A stretch of 64,000 bases of DNA from Octopus vulgaris (GCA_951406725.2 OX597817.1:89962001-90026000); one strand, 5' to 3'; shown: positions 1-13,662, numbered from the stretch's first letter. The notes: generated by a model not told the origin, from the letters alone. Numbers and translations are program-made.

Positions 1-290
1 TCAGCTGGTACTTATTTCATCAACCCCCAAAAGGATGAAAGGCAAAGTCGACCATGATGGAATTTGAACTCATATAAGGGCGGATGAAATGCCATTAAAG
101 ATTTTGCCCAGCATGCTAATGGTTCTGCCAGCCCACTGCTTTAATAATAATAATCCTTTCTACTATTTTGATATTTTGGAGAGGCGGCTAGTTGATTATA
201 TTGACTTGGGTACTTGACTGGTATTTATTTCATTGACCCCAAAAAAGTTGAAAGGCACAGTCAACCTTGAACTGAGAGCATAAAGACGGA
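1..290 (-). mobile_element. Two tandem partial copies of tRNA-derived SINE family A
   Basis: Shares ggatgaaaggcaaagtcgac...gaatttgaactc...ttctgccagc with the copies at 13451 and 53885; the two copies are separated by (AAT)n. Confidence 0.8.
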
Positions 291-2784
291 AAAAAAAGAT
301 GATACATTTTGCTGGTGTATATTGTTGTTTTGGACTGGGACTGCCCCACAACCATCCAATTATATGCAATCTGAGAACATCGTTTCCTGTCTGTTATCTA
401 AGTCATTCCATATACTTGAGTCTCTCACATCTTCTTGTAGTTAGTTGGGTCACATGTTAGGAATAGATATATGCTGTATATACATATTTACATACATATT
501 CATAAATATGTGAACTCTCTCATGTACCCACATATATATTTACATATACATGTTTTATTTTTAAGGCTTCATTGAGGAGAGTGATGACAGTACACATGGC
601 TCTTTTTTTTAGGGACTCCAAGACTGTTAAAAGATATATTTTAAAGTGTAGGCATACCTAATCTTTATCCTAATCCAAGTCATCTATCTTCACCTTTGTC
701 TAGTTCTGCTGTTCTAAATAACCTTGATCCTTTCTTTCATCCACCCAGCCACCCACTCCTTTTCTGAATACCCTCATTGGTCACCTGAGCAAATATACTC
801 ACCCTTGGTTATTGTGTACTCTTGATTATTATTTGCTCCCCTCACCCACTTCTTGTCTCACAGCTGGTATGGCTTCCCACTATTACCACCCTGTGGTTTA
901 CATGCCTGAGCTCTGAATATTGTTACATCATCTTGTGTACAAAACACCACCTTACCTCTAACCTTAAGCTTTCCTCTACTGGTGTTAGCTGACAACTTGC
1001 ACTCCCTCAAAGTGATGAGTAAGTGAGGCAATCACTTTCTAGTGTTGCTTCAAGTATATGCTGCAGAAGGGTTGATAGACTGGGTAGAGAATGCATATAC
1101 TTTTTAGGTCCCTTTGCTCAAACTCATTAGTATTGGTTCCATGAAAAACACACCCACTGCACTGTGTGAAGTGGATGGTGATAAGAAAAACATCCGGTTG
1201 TGGAAACCAGATCAGATGATACTTCTATGGAAGCAGCAGCTCAATATATGACGATTTAGACCATGATGACCCATCTAACCTGTGCTGGCAAGGAAAGTAG
1301 ATGTAAAAATGATTCTGATGATGAACTGCATTGTGACTTTCCAAGTGCCCTATGTATGCAGATTGGGAGAAAGGGAGGTTGGGATCAAGGCAGATTGTTG
1401 ATGTTTCTTTACCAAGAGATGTGCCTTCCTCATGTTTTGTGTTATTTCATTATTTAGAAGGTAGGATAGTGGATGATTGCCTTTGTGGTGTAGGCGGGAG
1501 AGTGATTGAAGGTTACAATATTTGAAACAGAGGTTGCTGTCGGTAATAGGTTCAAAAGGTTAGCCATCTGTCTGTTGGAAGCTATAATGATAGGGAATAG
1601 GATAATGTTGATGATGATGGTGATAAAATTGATGATGATGATTGATGACAATAATACTAGTAATGATGACAATGATGTTTATGATTCTGATAGTGGTTGT
1701 GATGATGGCTGTGATTGGTGTGTAAAAATCTCAATGTTAAACAAACTCTTTCAGGAAGTTACTAACTGTAAAAGAATTTGTCAGATTTGCACTTTTTCTT
1801 TTTCCAGAACCATGTTTTCCAAGCTTCACTCTCAGTTTTTACTGTATCTTCCTGTTTGGCATTCTGTCAGTCTGGCTGGCCTTTGTCTCAACAGCAGCAG
1901 TATCATGTTTCTAACATAACTATGTTATCAGTAATAGTCAAGAGGTGGTGGTGATGGTGAGCTTGTTACACTAGCTCTGTCAGCCAGTCTCCACCTCACT
2001 ATACAGTGAGCAGCCCTCTATTAATCTCCACTTGATAAAACTTATTAATTAACACTACTCTTTCTAATTAATAAACTAGTTCATGATGACCCCCTTTAAG
2101 TTGTGGCGTTGCTATGGTGACAGTCTGATGTATTAGCTACCCTAATGATGGATAAGGTCCTATCTGATGTTGGTCTAAAGCCCAGAAAGAGTTTTATTTC
2201 ACTGTAAAAAGGAATGGGGAATTTGCTGTCTGAGTTAGGTTTCACAAATTTTATCATGAATGTAGCGTAAAAAGGATTTAATGACCCAGTTTTCAGTTAT
2301 GTCATAATGACAATAATGTCTCACATTGGCACAAGGCCACACATTTTTAGGAAGGGGACAGTTGATTAAAAAAATCAACTCAAGTACTTCACTGTTACTA
2401 TATTTTATCCACCTTGGAAGGATGACTGACAAAGTTGACTTTGACAGGATTTAAACTTTAGATTGTTGAGAGAGAGACCTAATTTTGTCCACTATAACAT
2501 CAAACATGCCAGTTTATCCAATCCCCCACTTCCACCTTTGCCAATTCATGGTTCCTACTCTTGTCAATCTACCTACCACCCTTATCGCCATCTGCCTCAG
2601 TACCTTTGATATCACTCAGTAATATACAAGCTTTATTTTTTCATACACCCATTCTGATATCCCATTGCCATAGAATAATATTTAGCCGCTGGCATGCCTT
2701 TCTGGTTAGGAAGTTCACTTTGCAACCACATTGTTTTAGTGTTCATCCCATTGTAATACTTTAGATAAGTGTTTTCATTACAGC

Positions 2785-3095
2785 CTGGCTATAGTGGTTA
2801 AGATATTTGGCACATGATCGTAAGGTCATGTGTTCGATTCTTACCAGTATGTTGTGTCTTTGAGCAAGACATTTTATTTCACATTGCTCCAGTCCACTCA
2901 GCTGGCAAAAATGATTGTACCTGTAATTCAAAGGGCCAGCCTTGTCATATTGTGTGTCACGCTAAATCTAGAGAACTACTTTAAGAATATGTGTGTCTAT
3001 GGAGTGCTCAGCCACTTGCATGTTAATTTCATGAGCAGGCTATTCCATTGATTGGATCAATTAGAACCCTCGTTGTTTTAAGCAACAGAGTACCG
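2785..3095 (+). mobile_element. tRNA-derived SINE with CORE-like central domain (family E); related decayed copy at about 51980-52260
   Basis: A-box-like ggctatagtggttaag, B-box gttcgattc, then tgtgtctttgagcaagacattttatttcacattgctccagt. Confidence 0.65.
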
Positions 3096-5858
3096 GTCTA
3101 AGAGTAGGAGAGAGAGACAGACAGAGAATTTATAGCTTTGGGAAGACCATTGCTTTCTGAGTGAGATTTGGTACACAGAAACTATTGGAAGTTTGCTATT
3201 TGTTGGCCAGCACATCTGTGTGTGTGTGTGAATACATGTTTCCATGTGTTTTTATATTGACATCATTCGAATAAAATATTTGAAGACCAGTCTAATAAAA
3301 ATACCTTATTTGAAAGCAAATAAGGGTTGGTGACAGTAAGGGTATCTGGCCATTAAATACTGTCTCAGTAAGTCGTGGAAAAGCAGACATAAAAATGACG
3401 ATACATGTTATGTATATCTGTAAATTGTACATCAAGTCCATCTAAACTGTTGTTAGGGGCTTTCTAAATTAAACTTAAGTGGTTGTGAAAGCATCATCAT
3501 TATACCACATATGGTTATGTAATATCAGACTGGTAATAATAGAATGTGACTGCGAGTAAAATTGTTTTATTGAATGAATCCATTGATTCTAGAAACTTTC
3601 ATTATACAAACAAACAAAAAGAATGGCTTTTGTTGATGCATTTCATAATTAAAGGTTATTATTGTTGAAGTTTGTTCACATTAAGTATTTGTGAACGTTT
3701 CTGTATACCTTATTGTCTTTGCTTCACTATCACAACCACTATCTTCTTCCTCCTTTTCATCATCATCACGTCACAATTTACCTTAGCTTCTATGTTGTTT
3801 AATATTCAAAACATCCAAACTTCAACAATGTTCCCATGCTACAGTTTGGCCAATGTGCACTGGCTATCCTGCATTACAGACATACAGTCTATCCCAACTT
3901 CATCGCTATTGTCTTTCTCTACTCTCACATTCTACTTTCATACAACATTCTTCCATTGTCACTTTGTATTACTCCCATTATTCATCATCTTGTCCTCTGT
4001 AACGATATTTATTATCAGATGCTAAAGTGAAGCTATGATACTTTTATACCAACATTATTTCATTATTTCCTTCTGTTTAAAGCTCTATTAGTCATCACTA
4101 TCACCATCAGCAATACCATCATAACCACCATCACCACTATTATAACCTTACTGTCATCAACATCCGTTCTTAGGATGATCCTGGGCCTCAATTTTGTCCT
4201 CCCTCTCATTGTTTTTCTTGTAGTTCATTCTTAACATTCCAGTACCCTGATTCACCCCAGTACCCTCAAGCACTCTTTATATATCACTTGGTAATCTATA
4301 TTTCATGTGATATATTAATATATCTGCTCTACACACCCACACACCATTCTCTTTCTCCTTGTCTTTCTAATATTGTTAATATTGTTTCAGTATTCTCTTC
4401 ATTTTACTCTGGTATACAACCGTGTGTGAGTGTGGTCTTTGTATTTGAGTAGTTTATATTTGTAGGTATGTGTGTGGTCTGTGTTTTTATGTGTGTATGG
4501 TTTATATTTGCATAGATGCATATATGATCTGTATTTCTGTATATGTGTGTGGTCTGTTTTGTGGCCTATAGTTTTGTACAAAAATATAAATTCATCAAAA
4601 AGCAAACAGATGTGATAACATTTAAAATAGCTTCCTCTATATTCTCTACTGACCAATTCAGTGGTGACAAGCTACATCAATCACTATAAAATGTACATAT
4701 GATATGAGGCTTCATTTTTAACTGAAATAAATACACAGAAAAATGCATGTTACAAGTTATAACTGAAAAAGATGGATGTTACAGATTACAGATGGTGTTC
4801 TGTATGTATGATAATGATGCATATACATTTTGTTCAAATACATATGTGTACGTTTAGAGTGTTCCTGCACAATCTAGTATGCACTGATCTCATTGGTAGA
4901 AGCTGTTGGCTATAAAAACACTGTTATATGGAAAAATGTTGATGCTGTAGGTTTCTTTTGGTGTCTGTTCATCTGACCAAATGAAATGATGCACTAGTTG
5001 ATAAACCTGAAACATAATGGAGACTGCTGTTGCTTCTTAATGTTGTCAGCAAAGTAAATGCTGTTATTAATAAAGTGGCCTCGCCAGTGATGGGTCCAGG
5101 AAGTGATGATATAAGATTGGCTGTTACTGAAGCAAGCCTTATCAGTAGACTTAAAGAAAATGATAAAGCCATCCTTATTGGCACCAGTTGATCTGTTGAT
5201 TTCTGTTCCCATCACTGGGAACAGAAATCAACAGAATATTCCTACCAGGAATATAAAATCATGGGGCATTTGCTATATGTATTTGTATTATGCATATAAT
5301 CTGGTTGTGAATGTTTGTGTCATTGTGTAGTAGCCTATGAAAATGTGAGTAATTGTAGTGTATGTGGTTGCAATCAGTGTTGACATGTGTATGTAAGACT
5401 GTACTTAATGTATATTTAGTACAAAATATCTCCTCCTGAGGTATTTTCCCTTGGCTATATTGTTGATAGTGATAATCAGCATCACTTTATTCCTCCTCTA
5501 TTGCTCTATACATTGATCACTTCCTACTCGTGTTAATTTTGTAGAATATACTTTGCTGAAAAGATTTAATAAGATCAAAACATACCTGTTGCCTTCAATT
5601 GACTTTAAAGACTAGATCCATGCTCATCTACATTGTTTATATAGTCCAAAAATTTCATATAGAAGATTGTATTGGAGTTGTCTTTCTTGTTTGTTAATTC
5701 TTGATTTTATACAACCTTAAAGTTTCTGAGTTGTTGTGAAATAATTGCATAAATAATCTGTTGCTCTAAGTTTTTAAATTCATTGTGTTACGCATGTGAG
5801 ACTCTAATCATATGTTTAAGCATATATGTGCATGTATGTTTATTGAAGATAACCTACA

Positions 5859-5895
<37 letters not shown>

Positions 5896-6060
5896 CAACA
5901 CATTTTTTTTTTCATTTTTGTAGACCTAACCTAACATTGAACAAAGAGTACAGGTGTTTGTATATTTTCTTATTTGGAGATACAAATCTAAAAGTCACTC
6001 TTGTTCCCTTTGAAATGTCATTATTTGTGTATTACGTGTTTTTATTTATGTTGTGTATTA

Positions 6061-6092
<32 letters not shown>

Positions 6093-6120
6093 TTCTATAT
6101 ATATACATATGTGTGTGTAT

Positions 6121-6740
6121 CCACTTCCGCCATAACATATCTTTATTATTATCACACTGCTTTCTATGCATGCTTATAGTTGGTACTATTCTGGTCACAT
6201 GATCAAAGTTTAAGCCTGATGGCATCATTTTTCTTTCTTGCTTTACAGTGTTAACATGGTCATTCCACTAGCAATGTGCACCTGAGAAGAGCAAAGAGCA
6301 GTGATCCGATTTCTCTGGCCAGAAGGTGTGTCAGGTGCTGAAATTCATCAGAGGCTTTTAGCACAATACGGGGACAGTGCACTACTGTGTAGAAGTGTTT
6401 AAAAGTGGCCGGACAAGCATGACGCACGAAGAGGGAGCAGGACGCCATCATCCTCCACCACTGACGAGAAGATTCAGCAAGCTCAAGAGATGGTAATAGT
6501 GAATCGGTTCACCATTACCATCTCTTAGAACATTACTCTTTGTTCTTCTTTGGTGCACATTGCTAGTGGAGCGGCCATGCTTTACTCTGTAACGAAAGAA
6601 AAATGGCACGATCAGGCTCAAACTTGGATCACTTGACCACAATAGTACCATCTATAAGCACGCATGTGCAGAAGGTAGTGTGACAATGATAAAGATATGT
6701 TATGGTGAAAGTGCAGATAATTTTTGACTTCCCCCCTCAT

Positions 6741-6743
<3 letters not shown>
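6121..6743. mobile_element. Fold-back mariner derivative: two inverted copies of the element 5' end around a decayed transposase N-terminus
   Basis: 6256-6507 reads MVIPLAMCT*EEQRAVIRFLWPEGVSGAEIHQRLLAQYGDSAL/FKSGRTSMTHEEGAGR/STTDEKIQQ (mariner HTH). 6530-6743 is the reverse complement of 6121-6305 plus a terminal TIR ending in TA. Confidence 0.85.
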
Positions 6744-6795
<52 letters not shown>

Positions 6796-7091
6796 TAAAA
6801 GGTCAATGTGTAATTTTTGCGTTTTTTCTTTTAGTGCTTTGAATTTTAGCTGTCCTTCAAGGACTTAACTCATCATATTGACCCCAGTACTTAATTCAGT
6901 CTGATACTTATTCTATTGATCTTGATTTGTTGAACTACAAAGAGACATAGAGGGACACAACCCCCCCCCCCCCTACAACAGGCTCTTCACAATTTCTGTC
7001 TATGAAATTCTGCTCATAAGATTAACCTAAGGCTATGGCAGAAGATACTTGCTTAAGGTGCTATGCAGCAAGACTGTTTAAACCCTGCTGC

Positions 7092-7123
<32 letters not shown>

Positions 7124-8112
7124 AGACATGACAACCTCTGTAATCTAATGCTGGTACCACAGTAAACTGCTGAAATGGTTGGCATATGTGAAAAATGGAA
7201 TGAATGAGGGAACAAGAAGTTAACAACTCCAAATAAGAGCCTGAATCTGACTGTAAAACTCTGTCAAAATCATGCTGGCAAGAAAGCAGACATAAAATGA
7301 TATTGCTGCATAGAATTGATTGTATAACTGAATGGAGTCAGTTTCTTTGAGGGAGGTGGGAGAGAGAGAATATGTGTATGTCTGTGTATAACAAGCTGTT
7401 TGACATCACTGCATTGAAAAAAAAATGAGTTTGCTTTGAAGTGAGTGACATAACAATGAAACAAGGTTGATATGTGGTACATTCTTGTCTTTGGTTAATA
7501 CTGATGATGTCATCGCTGTCATTTCATTTTGATGTTATTTTATACATATTTGTTTTGTCCTAAATTTACAAAGGTATTTGCCTGTATCTGTTTTGTATGG
7601 AATAATTTTGGTTTTTTAAATCTCTTCCATTTCTAGCACATACACTATAGATGTAGCTCTAAATTCTTGTTAATTTACTTCAAATCTTTTCTTGAACAAT
7701 TTAGGGTAGGTTTATGCCATTTTTGAACTAGTAAAGACATGTTTTGTAGAATGTATGTCTTTACTTATACACAAACCTTGCCTTGAGCCTCTATGCTCTG
7801 ATGTAGTTGTTGGGTCATTGTCATTACATCTGGCCTGTCATAGGCACTTTTTAAGACCTAGTGGAACCCATCTCTTTCTAGGTCTGATCATAGCTGATTT
7901 CTTTAAGAAAGAAAGAGACAGGAAGAAAAAATGAGAGAGAGAACAATTGACTCCAGCACATGATTGGTACTGAAAAAATGGAAGACAATGGTTACTTTGT
8001 TGTGATTTGAACTTAGAGAGCACAGAACTAACTCACAGTAGTAAAAGAATACAAGATCAAAAGAGTATCTAAATTTGAAAAAATATGAGGTTATGATAAA
8101 TCATCATCATCA

Positions 8113-8149
<37 letters not shown>

Positions 8150-8150
<1 letters not shown>

Positions 8151-8495
8151 TTCCAATTGATTTGCATTTTATTTCATCTTCCAACCAGGTCTCAACCTGA
8201 GACCTCAGGCACATATATATTAGAGGGAGAGTAACTTCCTGAGAATGTGGGTGATTGATGTCAACACAGCTTTTTAAGTCTCATAGATTGTTGGTTTCCC
8301 AGGGATCTGGTAAAAAAATGTTTTGGTACCTTTCTTGACCATTCCCAGGCACCTACAACAACAGGGATAGTTTTGGTTTTTAATTTCCATGTCTTAGATA
8401 TCTCAATCTCAAGGTCCTTATATTTCATGTTTTTCAAATTCCTTTGCTGAGTTCTTTCTATCAGTAGGCACTGTCATATCAATTAACAGGCATGT
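8150..8495 (-). mobile_element. 3' fragment of an R4/Dong-like non-LTR retrotransposon (restriction-like endonuclease domain)
   Basis: Minus strand reads CLLIDMTVPTDRKNSAKEFEK/KYKDLEIEISKTWKLKTKTIPVVVGA; flanked on both sides by (ATT)n. Confidence 0.8.
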
Positions 8496-8552
8496 TGTTG
8501 TTGTTGTTGTTGTTATTATTATTATTATTATTATTATTTTTCTTTCTTCTAG

Positions 8553-8714
8553 GGAAAAGAGCGTTATAAAGTCCGTTGGGTTGGTTATCCATCATCAAAT
8601 GACACATGGGAACCACGAGAAAATCTGCTACCTTGCATTGAAATGGTTGAAGATTTTGAGAGAGACAGACAAAGATTAAAAAAGCGACGAGCAGAAGAAA
8701 GAAGAATCAGAAAA
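8553..8714 (+). CDS. Internal exon encoding the chromodomain core of an MPP8/MPHOSPH8-like protein (GKERYKVRWVGYPSSNDTWEPRENLLPCIEMVEDFERDRQRLKKRRAEERRIRK)
   Basis: Pyrimidine tract + AG at 8551-8552 and GT at 8715; 162 nt, phase 0/0, no stop. YKVRW-GY----DTWEP--NL is the canonical chromodomain signature and resembles MPP8 (GKVLYKVRWKGYTSDDDTWEP, from memory). Orthology is not proven, so no symbol is given. Confidence 0.92.
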
Positions 8715-9189
8715 GTAAAAAGATCTTTCCTTTTGTTTTTTCTTTACTTCTCTATTTTAGTTTATTCCTTCCATGCATTAAATGCTTCTTGACCATTTAC
8801 ATTTAAATATAAAATTATTTCCTAACATTTAATAGAAGGAATAAATTTGATCTTTTTGTCCTCCTTTGAGTGTGTTGGTCATTATGGTGAGAGAGTCTGC
8901 GATGACTGGTGAATAAGAAATTCTGTATGGTTCCATTAGGTGTTACGGCATGGACCGAAGAGTTAAGTGACAGTGAGCTAAAAGAAAAAGCAAACATCAA
9001 ATGGGATGTAAAATGCTGGAAATGCTTTCAGTAAATGCACTGAGGTTAGGGTAAAGGCAGGGACAGGAGTGGATAAATTCGAGAGGAGCCCACTAGCATC
9101 TGTTGGCCATAGAAGAGATTGGTTCACTCTCTCTTTCTCTCTCTATCTCTCTATCTCTCTCTCTACAAAACTGCAGTGTATATAAGGTA

Positions 9190-9600
9190 GGTATGTATAA
9201 GAAGCATGCTGTTGCTCTGAGTATGAAACTTGGGGTATGGCAAGTGCAGAGGATCTGCACTGGCTTACCTGTTGGATGCACTGTGTTGATTTACAATGAA
9301 AGTCTGTATTGTACAAGTGGATTGAGGAAGTGGCTAGGCAACCATGGAAAATCAGTACAGAAGACAATGTCACTATGCTGGTATGGACATGTGATCTACA
9401 CAGAGGGTATGTGGTGAGTATAAATGCACTTGAAATGGTAGAGGATAGTTCCATGAAGCAGAGCTGGATGAAGACTTTAAAGAAACAGCATTTAGTTTGA
9501 ACCAAAACCTGTTAGGTCATCATAGATGAGGTGATTGTTGAGTGAGATGCATGATACAATTCTCTATGATTGAGCCATCCAAATATGTAAACATAGCAGA
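9190..9600 (+). mobile_element. Highly decayed RTE-type LINE 3' fragment
   Basis: LRKWLG...SLCWYGHV resembles the RTE C-terminal LRWxGHV motif. Confidence 0.5.
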
Positions 9601-11659
9601 AACATATTGGCTGTGTGGATAGGATACTGGTCTATTTACTCATATTGAGTTCAACTCCATTGCAAGCATTTTGCTGTGTATTATGGCAATACACTTAATT
9701 ATGTTACCAAGTTCACCTAGCATTTTGGAATAGGTAACCAAATCACCTGGGAATACTATCAGTGATATATTGGTGCCCTATTCTGTGGGAGACTTATCTT
9801 TGATCTGCTAAATGAATCTGTTGCTAATCAATTTGGTTTGTGTTTTTTTTTTTTTTTTGGTGTTTGTGTGTGTATGTGTGAGAGATATGTGCATGCATCT
9901 GTGTAATTGTGTTTTTGTGATAAACTTGTGTATGCACGTCTTTGAGATGTTTATGTGTGAGGATATGTCTTTTTGCTTGTGTAAAATTCCTTTCTAAATA
10001 CAAACTCGATTGTTTTAAAATTAAATTTATTTATAATTTAAGAAATAAATTCATAACCAAAGAAATAAAAAAAAAAAGACAGTTTGACTTGCTAAAATTT
10101 TCTTTTCCTATTTTGTTAGTCAGTAAATAGTGGTGGGGTAGTGGAATTATAAAGTAGGATCTATTGATTCTATCTCATGTAAGAGAAAATTTTACTTGAT
10201 TTTCGGCAAATATCCTGCTAATCTTTATTAAATTCTTCCAAAATAAATAAATATATAAATCTACCCAAGAAATCATTTCATCTTTCATATTTTCTCTAAC
10301 TATGCTTAAATGTTCCACTGACTTATTTTCTCACTTACTGAAATTCTGGAACAGTATTGGCAGACATATTCATATAATTTTTCCTTTGATAGAAATTTTC
10401 TCAGACAGTTTAGTTCTCCTAACCGTTGCTTTGGAACATCCAAGAAGAATTGATTAATACCAATTTTTCAAATCATTTCCTCACATTTTATTTTTAGAAT
10501 AGCAAATTCATCTTAGCAGGAATGTTTTAAGAAAAGCCAGCTTTCAGTCTGCCAGCAATCATTAGATTCATGCTTGGTAAGAAGAACAGTGCTGCTAGTG
10601 TCTTGTTTAGATACCATGCACTGATGAAGTAGTCAGTGCAAAAGTGGAGAATCTTTCCTAATAAACCAAATGTTTTGGCTTCAATGTACTTTGAGTCAGA
10701 GGGCTACTATGTAATTATTCATCATGCCAGAAATAGTTACTAAATCTCTCTCAAATCACAATTTACTGTCTTAAAAAAGAAAGAGAATAAAAAAAAGGGG
10801 CATGTTAGATTAAGTACTTCTAGTTTCATTGTGTCATTATCATCTTAATCATCATTTAACATCTGTTTTCCATGCTGGCACGGGTTGGACATTTGGACAA
10901 GAGTTGGGAAGCTGGGGAGCTGCACCAGGTTTCACTTGTCATTATTTGGCAAGGTTTCTGTGACTGGATGCCAACTATTTTGCAGAGTGTACTGGGTGAT
11001 TTTATGTGACGCCAGCACAGGTACTTTCTACATGGCACCAGCACCAGTGGGGTTACCAAGTAGTTTTCAAGACAGAGGCCTGTTTGCTGACAAGGAGAGT
11101 GGAAATGAAGGAAGTCGCTGTGTGCTAGGCAAATGGTTAGAGTATAATAGAGGGACAGAAATAGTTGTCTTACTATTGGGATACTTGGCAACTCCCAGTA
11201 GGACAAGGAAAGAGAAAGTGGAAGACTGTTAGAGAGAGAGAGAGAGAGAGAGAATAGAGGGTGTTGGAAAAGTATTGGGTCCTACCCACAGGGAGCAGCT
11301 GGGGAGAGTATAAGTAGTACAGAGTGGATTGAGGGGTATTCTGAATGAGGAAGATATGACTGTAGCAAGTGATGGTGAAAGAAATTGGAGTGGGGTGGAG
11401 AGAAATTGGAGGACATGGAGAGTGTGCAGATAGGCACATGTAGGAGAATGGTGGGGATGTTACAGCTGGTGAAGTGTGTAAAGGAAACTGGAGGGGCCTG
11501 CAGTGAGTGGTAGGGATATTAGGAAAATTGGTTGTGGAGAAGTTTTGATAGAAGAGAGATAGAGTGTGTGTGTGGTGGTGGTGGGGAGCATGTCTGTAAA
11601 GGACGTGCTTCAATTTTACTTAGCTTGATTTGTTTTCTTAAGCACAGCAAATTGCTAGA

Positions 11660-12800
11660 CGTTTCAGACCCTTGTCTTCTCCCCAGTAAGGTTCAACATC
11701 TGAAGATAGTTTCTCACCACTTCATCCTACATCTTGCTGGGTCCACCCCTTCCACAGGTTCCCTCCACAATTAGAGATCAGCACTTCTTTATGCAGCTGT
11801 CCTCATTCATATGCACCACACAACCATAACAGTACACTCTTCTCTCTTATATGCTACATCTGATGCTGCTTATACTCAATTTTTCTCTTAAATCATTTAC
11901 ACTCTGTTGTATACACACACTGATGTTACCCATCCAGCAGAGCATGTTGGCTTTATTTCTTTCAAGTCTTCAGGTGTCCTCTGCAGTCACAGCCCACGTT
12001 TCCCTGTCATGTAGCATTACTGTCCAAATACAGGCATCATACACTGCCTTTCACTCTAAGGGAGAGGCCCTTTTTCACAAACAAAGGTAGAACTCTCTGA
12101 ACTTTGCCCAGCCCGTTCTTTTTCTAGCAACTCTTTCAGAGCGTCATCCTCCCCTGCCAACTTGGTCACCTAGATAACGGAAGCTATCTACTACTTCTAA
12201 GGACCTCTCTGTACATTGGTGGAAGTCTATTTTCTGTACATTCTTAGTGTTTATTGACTACTTTCTCTGTTAATCTTCCTGTGATACCACTACACCTTTT
12301 ATGTATCTATGGCTTGCACTGGGTACACTGTATGGAATTTCTACCTATACCCTTTCTATGTATCGAACAGGGCCATCTCCCTGAAGGGATTAGTAATTGT
12401 CTGTTCTACTTACTAGGACTTTGGTCTTTGGTAAATTAATTCTAAGAACCTATGATTCCAGACTTTCTTTCCACACTTGAAATTTCTTCTCTAGTTTGGT
12501 AGGGATTCTGCTATAAGAACACGGTCATCAACATAGAGGAGCTCTCAAGGGCAGTCAGTGTTAAATTCCTGTTATAGCCTGGAGGACTATGAAAAACAAG
12601 ATGGGAGCTAAGAACCAGTCTTTGGTGAATTCCTACCTGTACACTAAATTTGTTGCTATACTCATTGCTGATTTTCACCTTGCTAACAGCATCCTTGTAG
12701 ATGGCTTGTGCAGCTCTTGCCAACCACTCATCTATCCATAGCTTCCACACTGCCCACCAGATAAGGGAGTGGGGGCCCTGTCCAAGGCTTTCTCCAAAAC
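11660..12800 (-). mobile_element. Decayed RTE-clade LINE (reverse transcriptase plus C-terminus)
   Basis: Minus strand: LEKALDR, AIYKDAVSKVKISNEYSNKFSVQVGIHQRLVLS, SLEVVDSFRYLGDQ, ETWAVTAED; many stops and frameshifts. Confidence 0.85.
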
Positions 12801-13450
12801 AGGATGGTCACAGCTGGAATGACTTTGATTATATAGGTTTGCTCATTTGAATCTAACCTTGAGCTAGACAATTACTGCAATTTAAGTTGAATTCAAACAG
12901 TCATTGAATTGTGTGTGCGTGTTTCTGAGAGGATTTCAATAACGGATTACATACAACTTGGAATATGTAATATGCTGAACATAGGGGTTGCTAGCTCTTC
13001 TCTCTAAATATGTCAAATTGTTGACTCAACAATCAGGATTTCTATTGTATAGCCAATTTTACAACATATGTGGAGAGGGTAAGCTAGACATAATGCATTA
13101 AAGTGGCCCCAGTATCTGACTGGTTTTTGTTTTGTTGAATCCTCCAGAAAGATAAAAAGTGCAGTTAATTTTACATATGGCAGGATTTGAATTCAAAATC
13201 AGCAAAAGAAGAGCAGCGTTGTTGACCTTGTATGAAGCCATCAAGATTGGTGGTGGAAGGAAGAGAGAAATTGATTCTCAGACTTGATCCCTGATTGACA
13301 ACAGTGTGAACATGCATGGGCCAGACTGGAAGTATTAAACTGAGCAACAGATTTAGTCTTTCACTTAAATACTTTTATACCAATTTTATTATCCATCACC
13401 TTCAGTAGTAGTAGTAGTAGTAGTAATAATGATAATAATAATAATAATAA

Positions 13451-13662
13451 TCCTTTCTGCTATAGGCACAAGGCCTGAAATTTTGGAGGAGGGAAGTAGT
13501 CAATTACATTGACTCCAGTGTTTCACTGGTACTTAATTTATTGACCTCGAAAGGATGAAGGCAAAGTCGACCTCAGTGGAATTTAAACTCAACTTAAAGA
13601 CAGACAAAATGTTGCTAAGCATTTTGCTCAGCATGCTAACAATTCTGCCAGCTCACCACCTT
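13451..13662 (-). mobile_element. Full-length SINE family A copy
   Basis: The reverse complement begins aaggtggtgagctggcagaattgttagca and carries a B-box-like gagtttaaattcc; flanked by (AAT)n. Confidence 0.85.

Noticed and set aside
1454-1919. ORFs rich in M/D/I
   Set aside because: Produced by degenerate (GAT)n repeats; no splice or domain support.
6229-6507. Strong acceptor before the mariner transposase, suggesting a SETMAR-like exonised fusion
   Set aside because: The transposase frame has an early TGA and frameshifts, and no convincing in-frame donor follows.
8150-13662. Idea that the Dong/R4 element mobilises SINE family A
   Set aside because: No shared 3' tail is visible, and the two lie in opposite polarity relative to the AAT/ATT repeat.
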